Positions 44,336-56,599 of a DNA stretch of 64,000 bases are shown here, one piece after another. Source of the stretch: Amphiscolops sp. MND2022 (taxonomy: Eukaryota); the NCBI GenBank assembly GCA_964187785.1, contig OZ076409.1, positions 92,754,001 to 92,818,000 of the forward strand, written 5' to 3'. Position 1 is the first letter of the stretch. The number at the start of each line of letters is the position of its first letter. The translations under genes and the position numbers were made by a program. A model generated the notes under the pieces. It was not told the origin of the DNA. It did not search any database and saw only the letters and a program-made list of their open reading frames with translations.

Positions 44336-46939
44336 TTATGCAGGTTTATTTTTGTTATTTGGGTCTTTGGGTTGTTTATACATAAGTTGTTCTTGAGATG
44401 GGTGATCTAGAGTTTGAGTGTTCAATTGTTTTGTAATATTATTGATTTCAAGTGCAAGATCGTGTGTTCTGATTTTGTTGTTTGCAATATCTTCAGCGTC
44501 AACAAGTTTTACCAAAGTATGAAAAGGAAATGAAGGTTCTAAGACAGTGGAGGTGTGTTTTACTTGTCTTTTATTTGCAAAATCTTTAAGGTTTTTTGGA
44601 AGTCCTTTTGTAAAGATTTCATTACATTTAAGGTTTATAGTAGATGCATTCTCATCACACCAGCCTTTTTCAACCAGTTGTTGAACTTTTAGTGCAAAAT
44701 GACGTACTGTTTCATTGTCTTTCTTTGTTAAATTAAGGGCTTCAACTTGAGCATAGTAAGCGTTCTTTTGTGAGGAAAATTGTTTTTTGAAAGCTTGTAC
44801 AAAAGCGTGCCAATCATGTTTAAAAGTGTCGTTTAAACGGATGTACCAGCTTAGTGCTGTGCCTGTTAGAGAGCATTGTATAAAAGCCATGCGACGGGCG
44901 TGCCAAATTTTATATTCATGTTCCGATGTAGGTTGTAAACCTAAGGAAAATGTAACACGTGCCTCAATATGTTGTAAATATTCTTCAGGTGTATAGTTGT
45001 GATCAAGTCCATCAAAAGGTTTAATGGGTTCTGATATAGAAGTAGAAGAATTAATATATGTTGGGTGTGACATAGTGTTATGAGACATAGTAGATGGAGG
45101 TGTTGTATTGTATGTGGGGTTACTGGAAATATTAGGTAAAGAAGTAGTTGAAGTACTATGAAAGTGAGGGTTAGTTCTAATTGTTGTCGAAGGAGGATTT
45201 GGTATACGAAATTGAGAAGTTTGTAATGTAGGAGTGATTGTATTGGATGTATGTTGAGAAGATAGAGTATTTACTTGGTTGGATGTATTGTAATTTATCT
45301 GAGATTGTTGTGTATGACTTGGATTAGTACTGGTGAGACTGTATGATAATGGATTATTTAATATAGGTTGTAATGGAGGTCGAGAAAGATGTCTTGCAGT
45401 GGTATAATCTGTAGATGGGTTAGAATGGATGGTGTTAATGTTTAAGGTAGGTTGTGTAGTTTGTACTGAATTGGTTTGAGCTGGAGTATAATTCGAAGTT
45501 TGTATTTCAGAGGATAATGGTGGAGTTGGTGTTTGAAAATGTACTACATTATTGTTTTGTGCAATGTAGGGTGTACTTGAGGAGCTTTGTTGAGGAGTGT
45601 CATGGGTGTTTATCTGAGTTGAGAATTGGGGTGGAACAGAAGGTGGATTGTATTTTCGAGGAAATATTATTTGTGTCTGAGAGGGTTGTGTAATGTTAGT
45701 ATTAGATGTAGATAAAATAGAGATATTGTCTGGATTTGTATTTGAAGTGTTGTCTTGATTTTGGTTTGTAAATTCATTTTGTGTGATATTGTGGGTAGGA
45801 ACTAGTATTAGATTTGAATCATCGGTTATTGTAAAACTTCGTGTATTTTGTACTGTTTCTTCAGAAAGTTCTGATGTATTGTGAATTGTATTTGTTTCAG
45901 AAGGATTTGGTTGTTGCATATCTGAGATCTGTGATAATGGTGGGTATGATAGTTGTTCTTGAGGAAGATCAGGATTTTGAAAAAGATTAGTAAGGGCTTC
46001 TTGTTCTGGGGATTCTTGTTCTGATTGGTCTGATTGTTGTCTTGTATATGAAGGTTCAACACTAGAGGTTTGTTCTTCAGGAGTTGTTTTATGAGAAGTA
46101 TCAGGTGTAGTAAAAGGTCTGTTGTCTGATGTTTCAGAATGTTCAAGTACAAAGTTGTGATCTAAGGTTATTTGTTCAAAATGTGTAACATTTAGTGAAG
46201 TAAGATCTCGGTAATGTAAATGTTTGTTTTCATTTTTTATGATGTATGGTAAGAGTTCTATATGTGTTAATATTTGAGGGAAGTTAGTATAGGCTTGTTG
46301 ATCTTTTTGTTCCCATATTAGTTGATAGTTAAATCTAAGAAACTTTAATAAGAATTGTGTAAAAATTTTGACTTGAGGTATAGTGTCATCTGTAAGAATA
46401 ATGTTGGTAAAGAATCTGTACTGAAAATGTTTTATTTGTAAGATATCTTGTTGTAGCCAATAATGAGGGTTATCATGTCGTTGGACTTTTGTGTCAAGAT
46501 CTGGGACCTCGAAATATTCAGATCTGTGTTTTAGTTCTTGTAATAGAGAAGGGCAATAAGGTGGTGTGTCTTGGTTTTCATTGAATTTAATGACTTTTTG
46601 CATGTATGTGTGAAAAACATCTTGTATAGAAAGTGTAATATTTTTTGGGTGTATAGTTCTATAAAATGTTCCAGAGTTTATTCCTTTAACAGGGTTAAAA
46701 ATAACTTGAAAAGGGATTTGTGATGGTGTAATGTCAAGTGTTTTATAGTGGATATAATATAGATAAGAATCACAATGTTCTCGTAATAATAGAATAGTAT
46801 GTAATATATGGGGTTCTGTTTCAAATGGAAGTGGGTTAGTGTACTGAAAGATAATGTTTTGTAGAAAAGGTGTTACATCTTGTATAAGAGATCGATTTTG
46901 TCTTTTGTCAGTAGTGACTGTAAATGGAGTGGGGAGCAT
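44336..46939 (-). CDS. gag: Extended Gag (867 aa): unknown N-terminal domain, long S/T/P/Q/N-rich linker, retrotransposon capsid domain
   Basis: PIKPFDGLD...EEYLQHIE...LTGTALSWY...WHAFVQAFKKQF...ETVRHFALKV...FTKGL capsid pattern in the C-terminal ~230 aa. Confidence 0.88.
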   Translation of the reverse strand: MLPTPFTVTTDKRQNRSLIQDVTPFLQNIIFQYTNPLPFETEPHILHTILLLREHCDSYLYYIHYKTLDITPSQIPFQVIFNPVKGINSGTFYRTIHPKNITLSIQDVFHTYMQKVIKFNENQDTPPYCPSLLQELKHRSEYFEVPDLDTKVQRHDNPHYWLQQDILQIKHFQYRFFTNIILTDDTIPQVKIFTQFLLKFLRFNYQLIWEQKDQQAYTNFPQILTHIELLPYIIKNENKHLHYRDLTSLNVTHFEQITLDHNFVLEHSETSDNRPFTTPDTSHKTTPEEQTSSVEPSYTRQQSDQSEQESPEQEALTNLFQNPDLPQEQLSYPPLSQISDMQQPNPSETNTIHNTSELSEETVQNTRSFTITDDSNLILVPTHNITQNEFTNQNQDNTSNTNPDNISILSTSNTNITQPSQTQIIFPRKYNPPSVPPQFSTQINTHDTPQQSSSSTPYIAQNNNVVHFQTPTPPLSSEIQTSNYTPAQTNSVQTTQPTLNINTIHSNPSTDYTTARHLSRPPLQPILNNPLSYSLTSTNPSHTQQSQINYNTSNQVNTLSSQHTSNTITPTLQTSQFRIPNPPSTTIRTNPHFHSTSTTSLPNISSNPTYNTTPPSTMSHNTMSHPTYINSSTSISEPIKPFDGLDHNYTPEEYLQHIEARVTFSLGLQPTSEHEYKIWHARRMAFIQCSLTGTALSWYIRLNDTFKHDWHAFVQAFKKQFSSQKNAYYAQVEALNLTKKDNETVRHFALKVQQLVEKGWCDENASTINLKCNEIFTKGLPKNLKDFANKRQVKHTSTVLEPSFPFHTLVKLVDAEDIANNKIRTHDLALEINNITKQLNTQTLDHPSQEQLMYKQPKDPNNKNKPA

Positions 46940-47992
46940 TATATGATATTAAGTTTGATTAGTATAATAAGATTGCCATAAAGGATAGATGTATCGGAAA
47001 AGAAGATATTTTGTATTGAATTGTGAGTTATTTGGTAAAATTTGATCTATGAAAACCACTTGAAGAAAATAGTAAGTACAATACTTATGAAAAGAAGGAA
47101 TGGGTTTTGTATATATCGAATAAGTATATGGAAGGTGTGGTAGATACTAAGTAGTCCAAAAAGAGGTAGTACTATACTTGTTAACATAGAAGAAAAAGGT
47201 TGTGCTTCAAAATTTTGGTATGAATGAAATTAGGAATTTGTCCAGAAAAAGTGCAAGACCAGCAATGATAGCAACAAAGAACCAAAAGCAGACAATGAGT
47301 TTAACTATAGTGTCTACTGAAGGCGGCATGTACAATGAAGAATGTGTCCAAGAGATTGTATTAAAATTTGTTTTATATAGGTGTATGAAAAATGAAAGTT
47401 ATATAAAGAAATGTGTGAGGTATGTGTTATATATTTTAATTGTTATGTATTTGGATCCGTAAACTAGTTTTTAAAAGAGTTTTGTATGCTGTTTGTACTA
47501 TAAAAGAGAGAATAAGAAGGTATTATAAATATGTTATGTAGAAAATATGTGTTATATATGTGTGCCAACTATAAAGTTGATCCAAGCGGCTAGAACCAAA
47601 GAGATTTCTACTAGCAGGTATCGCTGGATAGCACTGTAGAAGGGCCAACACGTATCGCACGTCTGCGGTTGGAACGGAAGAAAGAGAAAAAGCCAACACG
47701 AATTCACTCAGTGGTGGTTGGAACGAAAAATTTACTGACAGGAATTTCGTCAAAAAACGTAGTCAGAACCAAGAAATATGACTGACAGGAATTACGTTGG
47801 GAAACGCAGTCAGAACCATAGCAACACGGATCAATTTCAAATAGAAATTGGTTGCAACGTTGAAGTTAGTAACGATAGGCGATGTTGAGAGGTGGAGAAA
47901 CTGTGTGTCGAACAAAGAGATAGCGTATGAGAAAGTCGAGGAAAGAGGTACAACAATTGTAGGTGTGTGAAATAAATGGGAGAGAAAAAAGA

Positions 47993-48010
47993 ATTTTCTT
48001 GGTCGCACCA
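47993..48010 (-). promoter_or_regulatory. Putative primer-binding site (cognate tRNA not identified)
   Basis: TGGTGCGACCAAGAAAAT 2 nt after the 5' LTR end. Confidence 0.6.
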
Positions 48011-48012
48011 AT

Positions 48013-48413
48013 TGAGCTGTTAAAAGGTTGTGTGATGGTTTCTTTTAGAAGAGTTAGAACTGACATAAGAAGTCTAAGATTTTAACAGCGGAGTCGTCTT
48101 ATCTTTTATCTTGTAGCTAGCTAGTTCTGAGTGCAATCTGTTTCTGAGATCTCAGTTCTTGAAGTATGGGAGGAAGACTGATTGCTAGGATGAATTCTCA
48201 ATTTCTCCGAGTAGATATATTCTATTAACTAGGGTAGGTTACATCAATTAACAATGTGACAGCAACAGGATGAAGCAGGGGAGTCTGATACAGGATCTAT
48301 TAAATGAAGTTTCTTAGCTTCTAAATTAGATTACATTTACTAATTGGTTTGGTTAAGAGTTGAGAGTATTTCAAATTTATAGAATCTTTGAGGACATGCA
48401 TCATGGCATCACA
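48013..48413 (-). repeat. 5' LTR of the giant element
   Basis: Direct repeat of 30501-30901, followed by AT and the PBS-like TGGTGCGACC. Confidence 0.93.
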
Positions 48414-49304
48414 AAAACCTTCTTTCTGCACCCAATTACAGTTATTTCAACTATATATAGCACGTATTCGGCCCTTATAAGCCGTGAATATTTCCGTGAA
48501 TATTTTGGATTTTTCCGTGTTCCAGTATTTGGCGTCGTATCTCCAGGATTCCCCAGAACTGGTAACAACTGGTCCATGACGTGTGAGGCTGAAAGTGGCA
48601 CATGTAAAGATTGGTCCAGAACTTGACAAGTCCTTACAAGTCCTTGGGAATCCTTGGCAGTCCTGGAATTCAAATGGTTGCCAGTACGGGCAGTTTCAAT
48701 CGTATTGTCACGCTTTTGCGAATTTCTATTGCTGTGCTTTATTTTTCAAATTGGATGGAAAATGTGTGATGCCAGATTGTTTATCTTTAGATGAAAATTG
48801 AAGTGTTAGTTTTGTAGTTTTTTGATTTGTAAATGTATAATTGTCGATTAGAATGTGATTTGGCGCTTAGATTTTTGATTTGTTAATCTTAACTTGTCGT
48901 TTAGATTTGCAACGTAAATTTGCATGTTTGGAGAAAAAAACCTTTTATTCTAGCTTTTTTCATTCCCTTTGTTCTTGGTGCATGAATTTTTCAATTGGTT
49001 GTCAGACACTTTCAACAATTTTGAAAGATTCTTTGATATTTTCATGGTCAAAAATTTCCCTGTTGGGTTGATATCCATTCAGGTTTCATCAAGGTTTGTT
49101 TGAGCAACATCAAAGATGTAGATGATGAAAGCCAATAAAAAGGGTGGGCAAAGTGAGGGTTCTTGTATGCACAGACGCTCTTTTCACGTGAACAAACTCA
49201 TGAACGTGTGTCATTGACGCAAAACAATTCGTTACAGAGGTATTTTTATAGCGCAATTCATTTTTCTAGTTTCTATCAGATCATGATTCCGAGAGAAAAT
49301 AAAG

Positions 49305-49866
49305 ACAAGCAAGATGGGAACGTCTAAAGTCGGCGTTATATCTAAGGGTCAAAAAGCGCAATTTTTAAAATATGCGTAGAGCGTTTCCATGAAAAACTCC
49401 TGTTTTCAAACCTCCTCCTCCACCTTAAGAAAACGCAATATAGTTCAGTTATAACGTCAAATATTCTGGAAGAGCACTTCACTTCGGATATTAAGTCAAC
49501 AATTCGCACAAGTCTCATAGTGCCAAAAAATCTGATAAGGGGACCTTTTCGGATTTTTTAACATCCATTTTGTTGCACCTGGAACCCTTTGGAGACATTA
49601 AAAATTTTTGAAAGAAGTCTCAGTTCCGAAAAAAAGTCGAAAGGGGGGAACCTTCAGTCTCGCCCGGCTTTGTAGGTTAAGTTAAAACAGTTAAAATTGA
49701 AAGGTGGGGACCGTTTGCACTAATTTCCGCTGGCCGCACTTGGACGTTGTGGTTTTAGTAGTTTTTGTAAAAAAGTAGACGTTTCAATGTGAGGCCTGTG
49801 GTCTGGAGAAAAAATTCACTGTAAGAGTCGGGCATTTTTTGCTTCACAAAAAGCGCCGACTAAAAA
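49305..49866 (-). mobile_element. DINE-1/HINE-like repeat copy
   Basis: CAAGATGGGAACGTCTAAAGTCGGCG ... CGCCGACTAAAA; reverse-complement match to 15593-16180. Confidence 0.5.
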
Positions 49867-52800
49867 AACTTTCAAAACGTTCACGTGTTGCAGGTACGTT
49901 TTTAATGAGTTTTAATAGGAAAATATAACACTTTTCAAAGATTTTTCAGATTGCAGAGCTTCTTTTTGAACACTTCCAATATCTTCTAAGATGCAGTGTA
50001 GATTTTTCCCTGCATTATCTTTGAATTTTTTAAGTTTTTAAAAAACTTCTCTACCATTCATGCAACATGCTAAAAGATCATTGAGGCTCGACCATGGTCA
50101 ATATCTACTACAAATTTTGAAATACTAAGAAAGATTAGAAAGAGAACGAATAAAAGCGTGCATTCCAATGGTTCAAAATCTAGAATAACCTAAATAGCAT
50201 AAAATGAGACCCCAATGGGGATTCAAAGTTTTGACTTCAAATGAAATTATCATGCTCGCTCATCGCTCAATATGAGAAAATATCCGCGCTAAGGTACATT
50301 GCTCAAGGGTTGCAAAAATTTGATTAAGGTTGAGAAGCTTTCCTACGGAGGATTACATGACTGAGAGGGAAAATCATATCAAAACTTTCCTTTCAAGACA
50401 AGCAGGAAACGTTCCAAGCCGGCGCCCTGCTTATGGCTTGAAAAACTGTCATTTCAAAATGCTCAAGGACAAATATTGAGGAATCTCATCAAAATCACAT
50501 TTCGAAAAAATATTAAATTGGAATCAACTTTTGACCCTCGGAAATTGCTTTTCCCTGTTTGAAAACCTAGGCATCGAAATATGCAAAAAATCAATCTTTT
50601 CGTTTGTAGAGGAGGTCGTAGAGAGCCAAACAATCCAAAAATGAGTTCTTTGGCACCCCAAAAACGTTTTTATTTTACTGAAAACATCTGGAAAACGTTT
50701 GTTTTTGGAAAAAAACTCTAAAGAAAGTCACACCGTTGAAAAACCCAAAAGTCTTCTTCTCAAAGACTGAAAAAATCATCAAAAAGTATCGAAAACTGAA
50801 CAAAATGTCGAAGCAAAATAGCGAAGCATCCCGTGCTCAGCGTGATCTTTTTTGCTGTTCAATTTCTGAGCTTTTGTACAATGAGTACGAGGACAAAACA
50901 AAACATAGGCGCAAAGGAATTTGCGCACGGCTTCGAGCGACAGGTCCCGCAGCCATAATTGACTATCATCAGGTGCATTTGAACCATATTACCAAGTTAT
51001 TAGCTATGACGAATAGCTAAGGTTATATACGGCACGAGAATGCTCAAAATACAATGAAATTGAAAAGAATTGCGGGTATTAATCCGTAAATTTTTCGGCC
51101 TTTACAACTATATAAAAGGAAGGGCTGCCCTAGTTATCAATAGGACGGTTGATATGTGCCATCACTAGCAAGTATACTTTCAGTTCTATAAATTAGCTGA
51201 ATTGTGCATCAAACAACCTTCCAGCATCAGTGGGCACCGTTGGAAACGTATTCCAGAGGATGAATAACCTGTTAAAATTTGCGAATGGGGCAAAATCATG
51301 AAAAGATCCGAAATCATTTTTGTTTTCAATACAACGTAGTTGAATATCATTGCGCAGCGAGGTGTGAATATAACTTAGTGTTGTCTTGATTTAATCGTTG
51401 CATATGACATCAAATCTCTCAGGAATATTGCGGTAATGCATAATACCTTCTGTGCAGATATTCACTGGATAGAATACGTTAAGAACGGAAATTTCGCGGT
51501 TTTACGCTTCAAACAACCACATCATCAATAACTTATCAATCCACGAAAAAACAGGAATTTGAATAACCGATTTAACATTTGAATAAGAGATAATCTAATA
51601 ACAGTCGAACCAAATGCTAATTTTGGACGTTACCTCGTAATGTGCTCATAAACCGGTTTTCTCGTTTCACTATTCCTCACAGAATAGTAGGCCCGCACCT
51701 TTAGCGACCTGTGGGTGGTTTTCTCGTTTTACTGATTGCGATCCGAGTATTACTCGAAAAGAATCAGAAGGCCCGCACCACGAACGACCTTTAATGTATG
51801 AAGTTTAATTGTTTGAGAAAAAACCCAAATTTGAGTAGAAAGACGTTCCACAGCGCATTTATCTCGTCTATTCGAGTACTTTCCGCATGCATCTAATTGC
51901 TTCGAGCTTTTCGCCTACAGTCTTAGGACTATATGGTTTGAGCGGAAATGATATGAGATCCCATTGAACCGATAACTAGTAAAAATCGGCTCATAAACTA
52001 TTCCCGGAAGAATTTTCAATCGCAGTTTTTTCGACGGCAAATTCGCGTATCAATGAATTCTTTTATCCAGGCTAATATCACAGTCCTGAATGACGGTCAG
52101 TTCCTACACTGCCGCGGTTCCAAGTGGTTTGATTACAGGAAAGGAGCAAAGTCTGCAAAAAAAAATAAAAATTTGCGGTTTTCGTATTTCGTTATAAATA
52201 CGCACCGGCAAAAATTTCTGGAAAAACTGCTAAAGAACAAAATATTGCTGTTTCTCGAATCATCTTGAAGCAATCCCTTGTGAGAAAACGGCCAAAAAAT
52301 CAAAAATGAACAGAACTATTAACAGAAAAAAGCTTGGAAAAAATTGGGAAAAAACGTGAATTTTCAGAATTTCAATCGCCATTTTCTCAACCACCAAAAA
52401 ATGTAGCACATTGGAACTTTAAACATGTGAAAGAAGTCGGATAGGACGTATTTTATGCCGGGTCGACGTTGTTTGTAATGTAGAAATGAGCAAAATTAGT
52501 GAAAGCTCCAAAATTTTCGAAAAAAATTATGTTCCAACAAAATTTTCGATATTGAATCGCTATTTTCTCACTGCCCGAAAATCCAACATTTAAATCTTCA
52601 CCAACAAATTCAGTTCCAACAATTTGTTGAGTTTTTGGATGGTCTCGAAGTATTAGGCTCCGAGAAAATAGGCCAAAACTTTTACAAAATTGAATAAAGA
52701 GAGCAATTTATCAAAAATTCAAAAAATTTGAAAACTTTTTTGTCTCTATCTGTCCGACGTAAACGTTGTGACTTTCCAATTTCTAACTTTGGGCAGCTAA

Positions 52801-53991
52801 GCAGACCTGTTATCGAGTAGAAACACCACTGCTTGGATTAGAACTGATTGCTACTTGAAAATAGGTTGAGAAATTTTTTACGCAAAAAAACCGAAAATTT
52901 TTCCTATTTTTAATGGTAATTTTCGCAAAGCCCAAAAATTCTAGGATAAAAAAACTTTCACCAAATTAAAGAAAACATCGTTTTACGTCGGTTAGTACCT
53001 ACATCGGGCCAATTCGCGGTGGTTTGCGAAAAGAAAAATAGCAAAATCGACAAAAACCCTAAAAATTTTCGAAAATTTCGCGCTTTCGAAGCTAATAAAA
53101 TCGCGCCGGTGGAAAATTTTCGGAAAGTTTTTACACGGTTAGAAAGAGCATCAAGTTGCGTTTCTTTTTGGAAAGTTTGGATGGTCGCGGAAAAATAGGC
53201 TCTGAGAAAATAGCCTTCAATTAATACAAATGCAGAGGGTATGTCACGCGAAAAAAAAAACCAAAACGCTAGTAAACGCGGAACAATAGAGACTTCGTCG
53301 CTTCGCTTCGCTCGCTCGAAGCCTCAAAAATGTTTCTCAAAAAGTAATTGAGCACTTTGACGCTCCAGCGGCTGGTAAACTAATGTACCTTGAACGTTTC
53401 AACAGAATGAGAGAACCTAGATATCAAAGAGAACCAAAGAGAACGAACATAATTAAACGAAACACAGTTGCTGTCGGTGTAAAATTCGCGATCGTACATA
53501 GGAGGCCTTGGCTGAAGCTATTTTGACTTATGAAACCCTGCAGCTGAAATTGTGTTTCTTGGGGGAATTATAAAAAACCAGCATCCGCAAAAACTAAACA
53601 TATTTCACTAAGTTTCTTAATAAAACAAAAAAGTGACAAATCTTGAGCGAAATTAACAATAGAAGCGTGCCCCTTTTTGAGAAATGGGAACTGGGGAAAT
53701 TTTACTTGCAGTTTTACTTGTAACATTGAGTACAAGGAAAACTTTTTCGATTTATGAAAAATACCTGATAAAAAAGCCGGACTTGTTTGAAAAACTCAGA
53801 GAGAACATCATTGGAATCACCTATTTTTTTAGCAAGAATGCACAAGCTCCAAAAGCCTGTATAATTGTCAATTCGAATTTAGCCTGCAGGTAATTCAGAG
53901 CCTGAAATGCAGGGACGTTTCACGATCATTTCAGATCATAAACAACAAGGCGCCAGGTTAGCACCGGGATATTGACCGCTAAAAATGTAAC

Positions 53992-54064
53992 GCATCAGCG
54001 CGGGTTCGAACCCACGACCTTGTGTCTGCCATGCAGACACACTACCAACTGCGCCGTGGTGGAG
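53992..54064 (-). other. tRNA-derived sequence (SINE head or tRNA pseudogene)
   Basis: Minus strand A-box-like GGCGCAGTTGGTAG and B-box GGTTCGAACCC; anticodon arm non-canonical and acceptor stem does not pair. Confidence 0.6.
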
Positions 54065-56599
54065 ATTTGGCAAGTGGAGTTCAAGTAGCTAAAATAGCCA
54101 AGTAACTATATAAAATAGTCAAGTAGTGGATGGAGCCAAAATATTCAAGTAACTATACGTGAAGTCGATGGAGGAACTGGGGGGAGATTTGGCAGAATTT
54201 GGAAAAAAGGCAACACAGATCATGATTTTCCTCCCCCATTATATGTGGGCGGAAAATAATAAACAATCTGGCTCCAAAGGTGATGACTTCACCCTTGTAG
54301 ACAGAAAAATTGAAAAACTAGAATATTTGAGAAGACTTTACCCTAAATGGGCAAGGCAATTTACGAAGCGATCCAAAAATTTGGTGCTTAAACTTTAAAC
54401 TGCAATATTTTCTAAACTATTCAAGTCCGACAAACGATTCATAGCACATTCGAAAAAAGACAATCAGGGCTTTCAATTTGTTTTTTGAACTGTTTTCTGC
54501 GCGAAAACCTCCAATGGCGTGTGGCTTCGCCCCATTGGCTCCGTGCTTTGCGGCGAAACTTTGCGCGCCCCGTGTCTCTGATAGCAATTCTGCAGCTGGT
54601 ACCTTCAGAAGTTTGCAGAAACTAATGGTACAACCGCGCATTTAGAGTTAACGCACTGCTGATGATAATTTTCTTTTTTGGTACTTTTGTCTCGATTGTT
54701 GTAGTTACAATTCTTTAAATGGGGTAACAAATATATCTTCATTTTCTGTGGATAATCATGTCCATCAAACATTCAAAAGCTTCAGAAACGTTGTTTCCCA
54801 TTGTCTAAATTAGGGAACTTTTAACAGTGTTGGGGTTTTTGCGGGTCTTTCAGAAAGTTTAAATTTAGAAAGAAAATTTAAACGAAGATGTTTCGTATGG
54901 CCATGTCTAGTTTTATTGCTTTTGAGCTCTAGAAGTTTAGATCGTATTTGGATCGTGTTCGAATCCCGCTGTCAGCAAGTTTTTAAAATTTTGGAATATT
55001 TTTAGTTTTTGAGCTACCGGATGTTTCCGGTTTTTCAATATCGCGAATTTTGGTAAAAATATCGTTGTCTTATCAACCTTGCGTTGATTTCTTAATATTT
55101 GCGTTGTTTCAGGGCGCCGGCGTTGTTTTGCACCTATATCTTAATATTTGCACCTATTTCGATGATTAGAGATTTTGGTATCATCTGAAACCAAAACCAA
55201 GTATATTTTGGATTCATCCGATTTTTGATATTGAAACAAATTGTACTTGACGCCAACGACAAACGTTTCCATGAAGACCACAGCGAGGCGCAAAAACATT
55301 GATTTTCCGAAATATTGCGTTTTCCTGAAGGAATCCAAATTCGTCGAAAGTTTCCATTAAAACCAACAAGCCGGAAACGAAGAAGCTGTCGTTCTAAAAG
55401 TGGGATCCTTTTGCATTTTTTAGCATTCATTGTTGCAAAACATCAAAAAATTGAAGGTGAAAAAAATTTGGTTAAACAAATTCCGAGAAAAGTCTCACAA
55501 TACCGGAAAAACTGAAAGGGGGACCCTTGGGGGTTTTTCAACATCCATTCTGTCGCAAAACATCAAAAAATTGAAGGGGGTCATTTGGGGAATTTTTTTC
55601 GAAAAAAAAGTCACAATGCCGAAAAAACTGGAAGGAGGGACCCTTCAGTTTCTCCCGGTATGGTATGTTACGCGGAAAAAGAAGAAAAACCTTTTTGGTT
55701 CAGTTCGCTAGACCAAATGAGTCATTTTGGGACCATAAAATTGTGTAGAACTTTTAAGAACTATTTTGGTCAGTTCGCGTGGATTGAAAAAAAAGAGTCA
55801 CTATAATAATCGCGTTTGACTTCATGAAGCGCCGACTAAAAACTGTGACCGCTGACTACAGTTTATCGAATTGGGACGCAACACATTGTCTTCAAACTAG
55901 CAGTGGGGCTCCTGAAGTTTATGGGAACTATTCGAAATCATCCATCCGAAAGGGTCAGAAAAAGTCTGACATTCTTCCAGAAAGTGTCTGTTAACAACCT
56001 GAAAGTGTCTGGCATCTCTCCAGAAGCTAACCAAGGTGTCCGAAAAAGCTTGATCGGTCCCCCGATAACCCGAAGTTGATCCAGCTGTCTGACGTGGCCT
56101 ACCAACAGTCCAAAAACGCCCCAACCGCCAGTAACAGTCCTTCAACTAGCGAAAACGGCCTGAAGATGTCCAGCGACTCACGAAAATGCTTTTCAGTTCG
56201 CAAGAGCGTCAGACACCCCTTTTAAAGAAGTATCAGAAGAAACGTCAACTGTCCCAAAACCTTTTAACATTGTTTTTGAATTATGTGCTAGAAACTGATA
56301 CCATAATTTGGAAAAACGTTTTCGAAAAATAAACGAATTAAAGTTAATTGCTGCGAAAATGTCGATGCTTCGACTTTTAGTTGCTAGTTCTCTTCATCGT
56401 GCGATCGAAACATTGTCATTTAAAAATGTAAAAAAACTCTAAACGAAGTGGTACTCTCATATTCAGGCCTGAGTTTGCACTCAGTTACAAACGTTCTGAA
56501 AACAAAAAAAAACAGAAAAACATGCTTAAAAACTACTTCGAAGATGAACTAAATATTTCCCATGACCTGAAAAACAATAGCATATCCAAATACAAGTGT

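Larger units (their letters stand above)
30501..48413 (-). mobile_element. Giant (17,913 bp) env-bearing Ty3/Gypsy-type LTR retroelement
   Basis: 401-bp direct repeats at constant offset 17512 with TG...CA ends; AAAA on both flanks (possible 4-bp TSD); PBS-like TGG; gag-PR-RT-RH-IN order; env-like and extra ORFs all on the minus strand. Confidence 0.95.

Noticed and set aside
48031..48413. Alternative shorter LTR bounded by the TGTGATG/CATCACA inverted repeat
   Set aside because: LTR-LTR similarity extends 18 bp further to 48013/30501, and the PBS-like site abuts that longer boundary
53992..54064. Functional tRNA gene
   Set aside because: Acceptor stem does not pair and the anticodon loop is non-canonical; kept only as tRNA-derived sequence
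50000..55300. Short ORFs and small hairpins in AT-rich DNA
   Set aside because: No domains, consistent splice chain or definable element boundaries; likely old repeat debris
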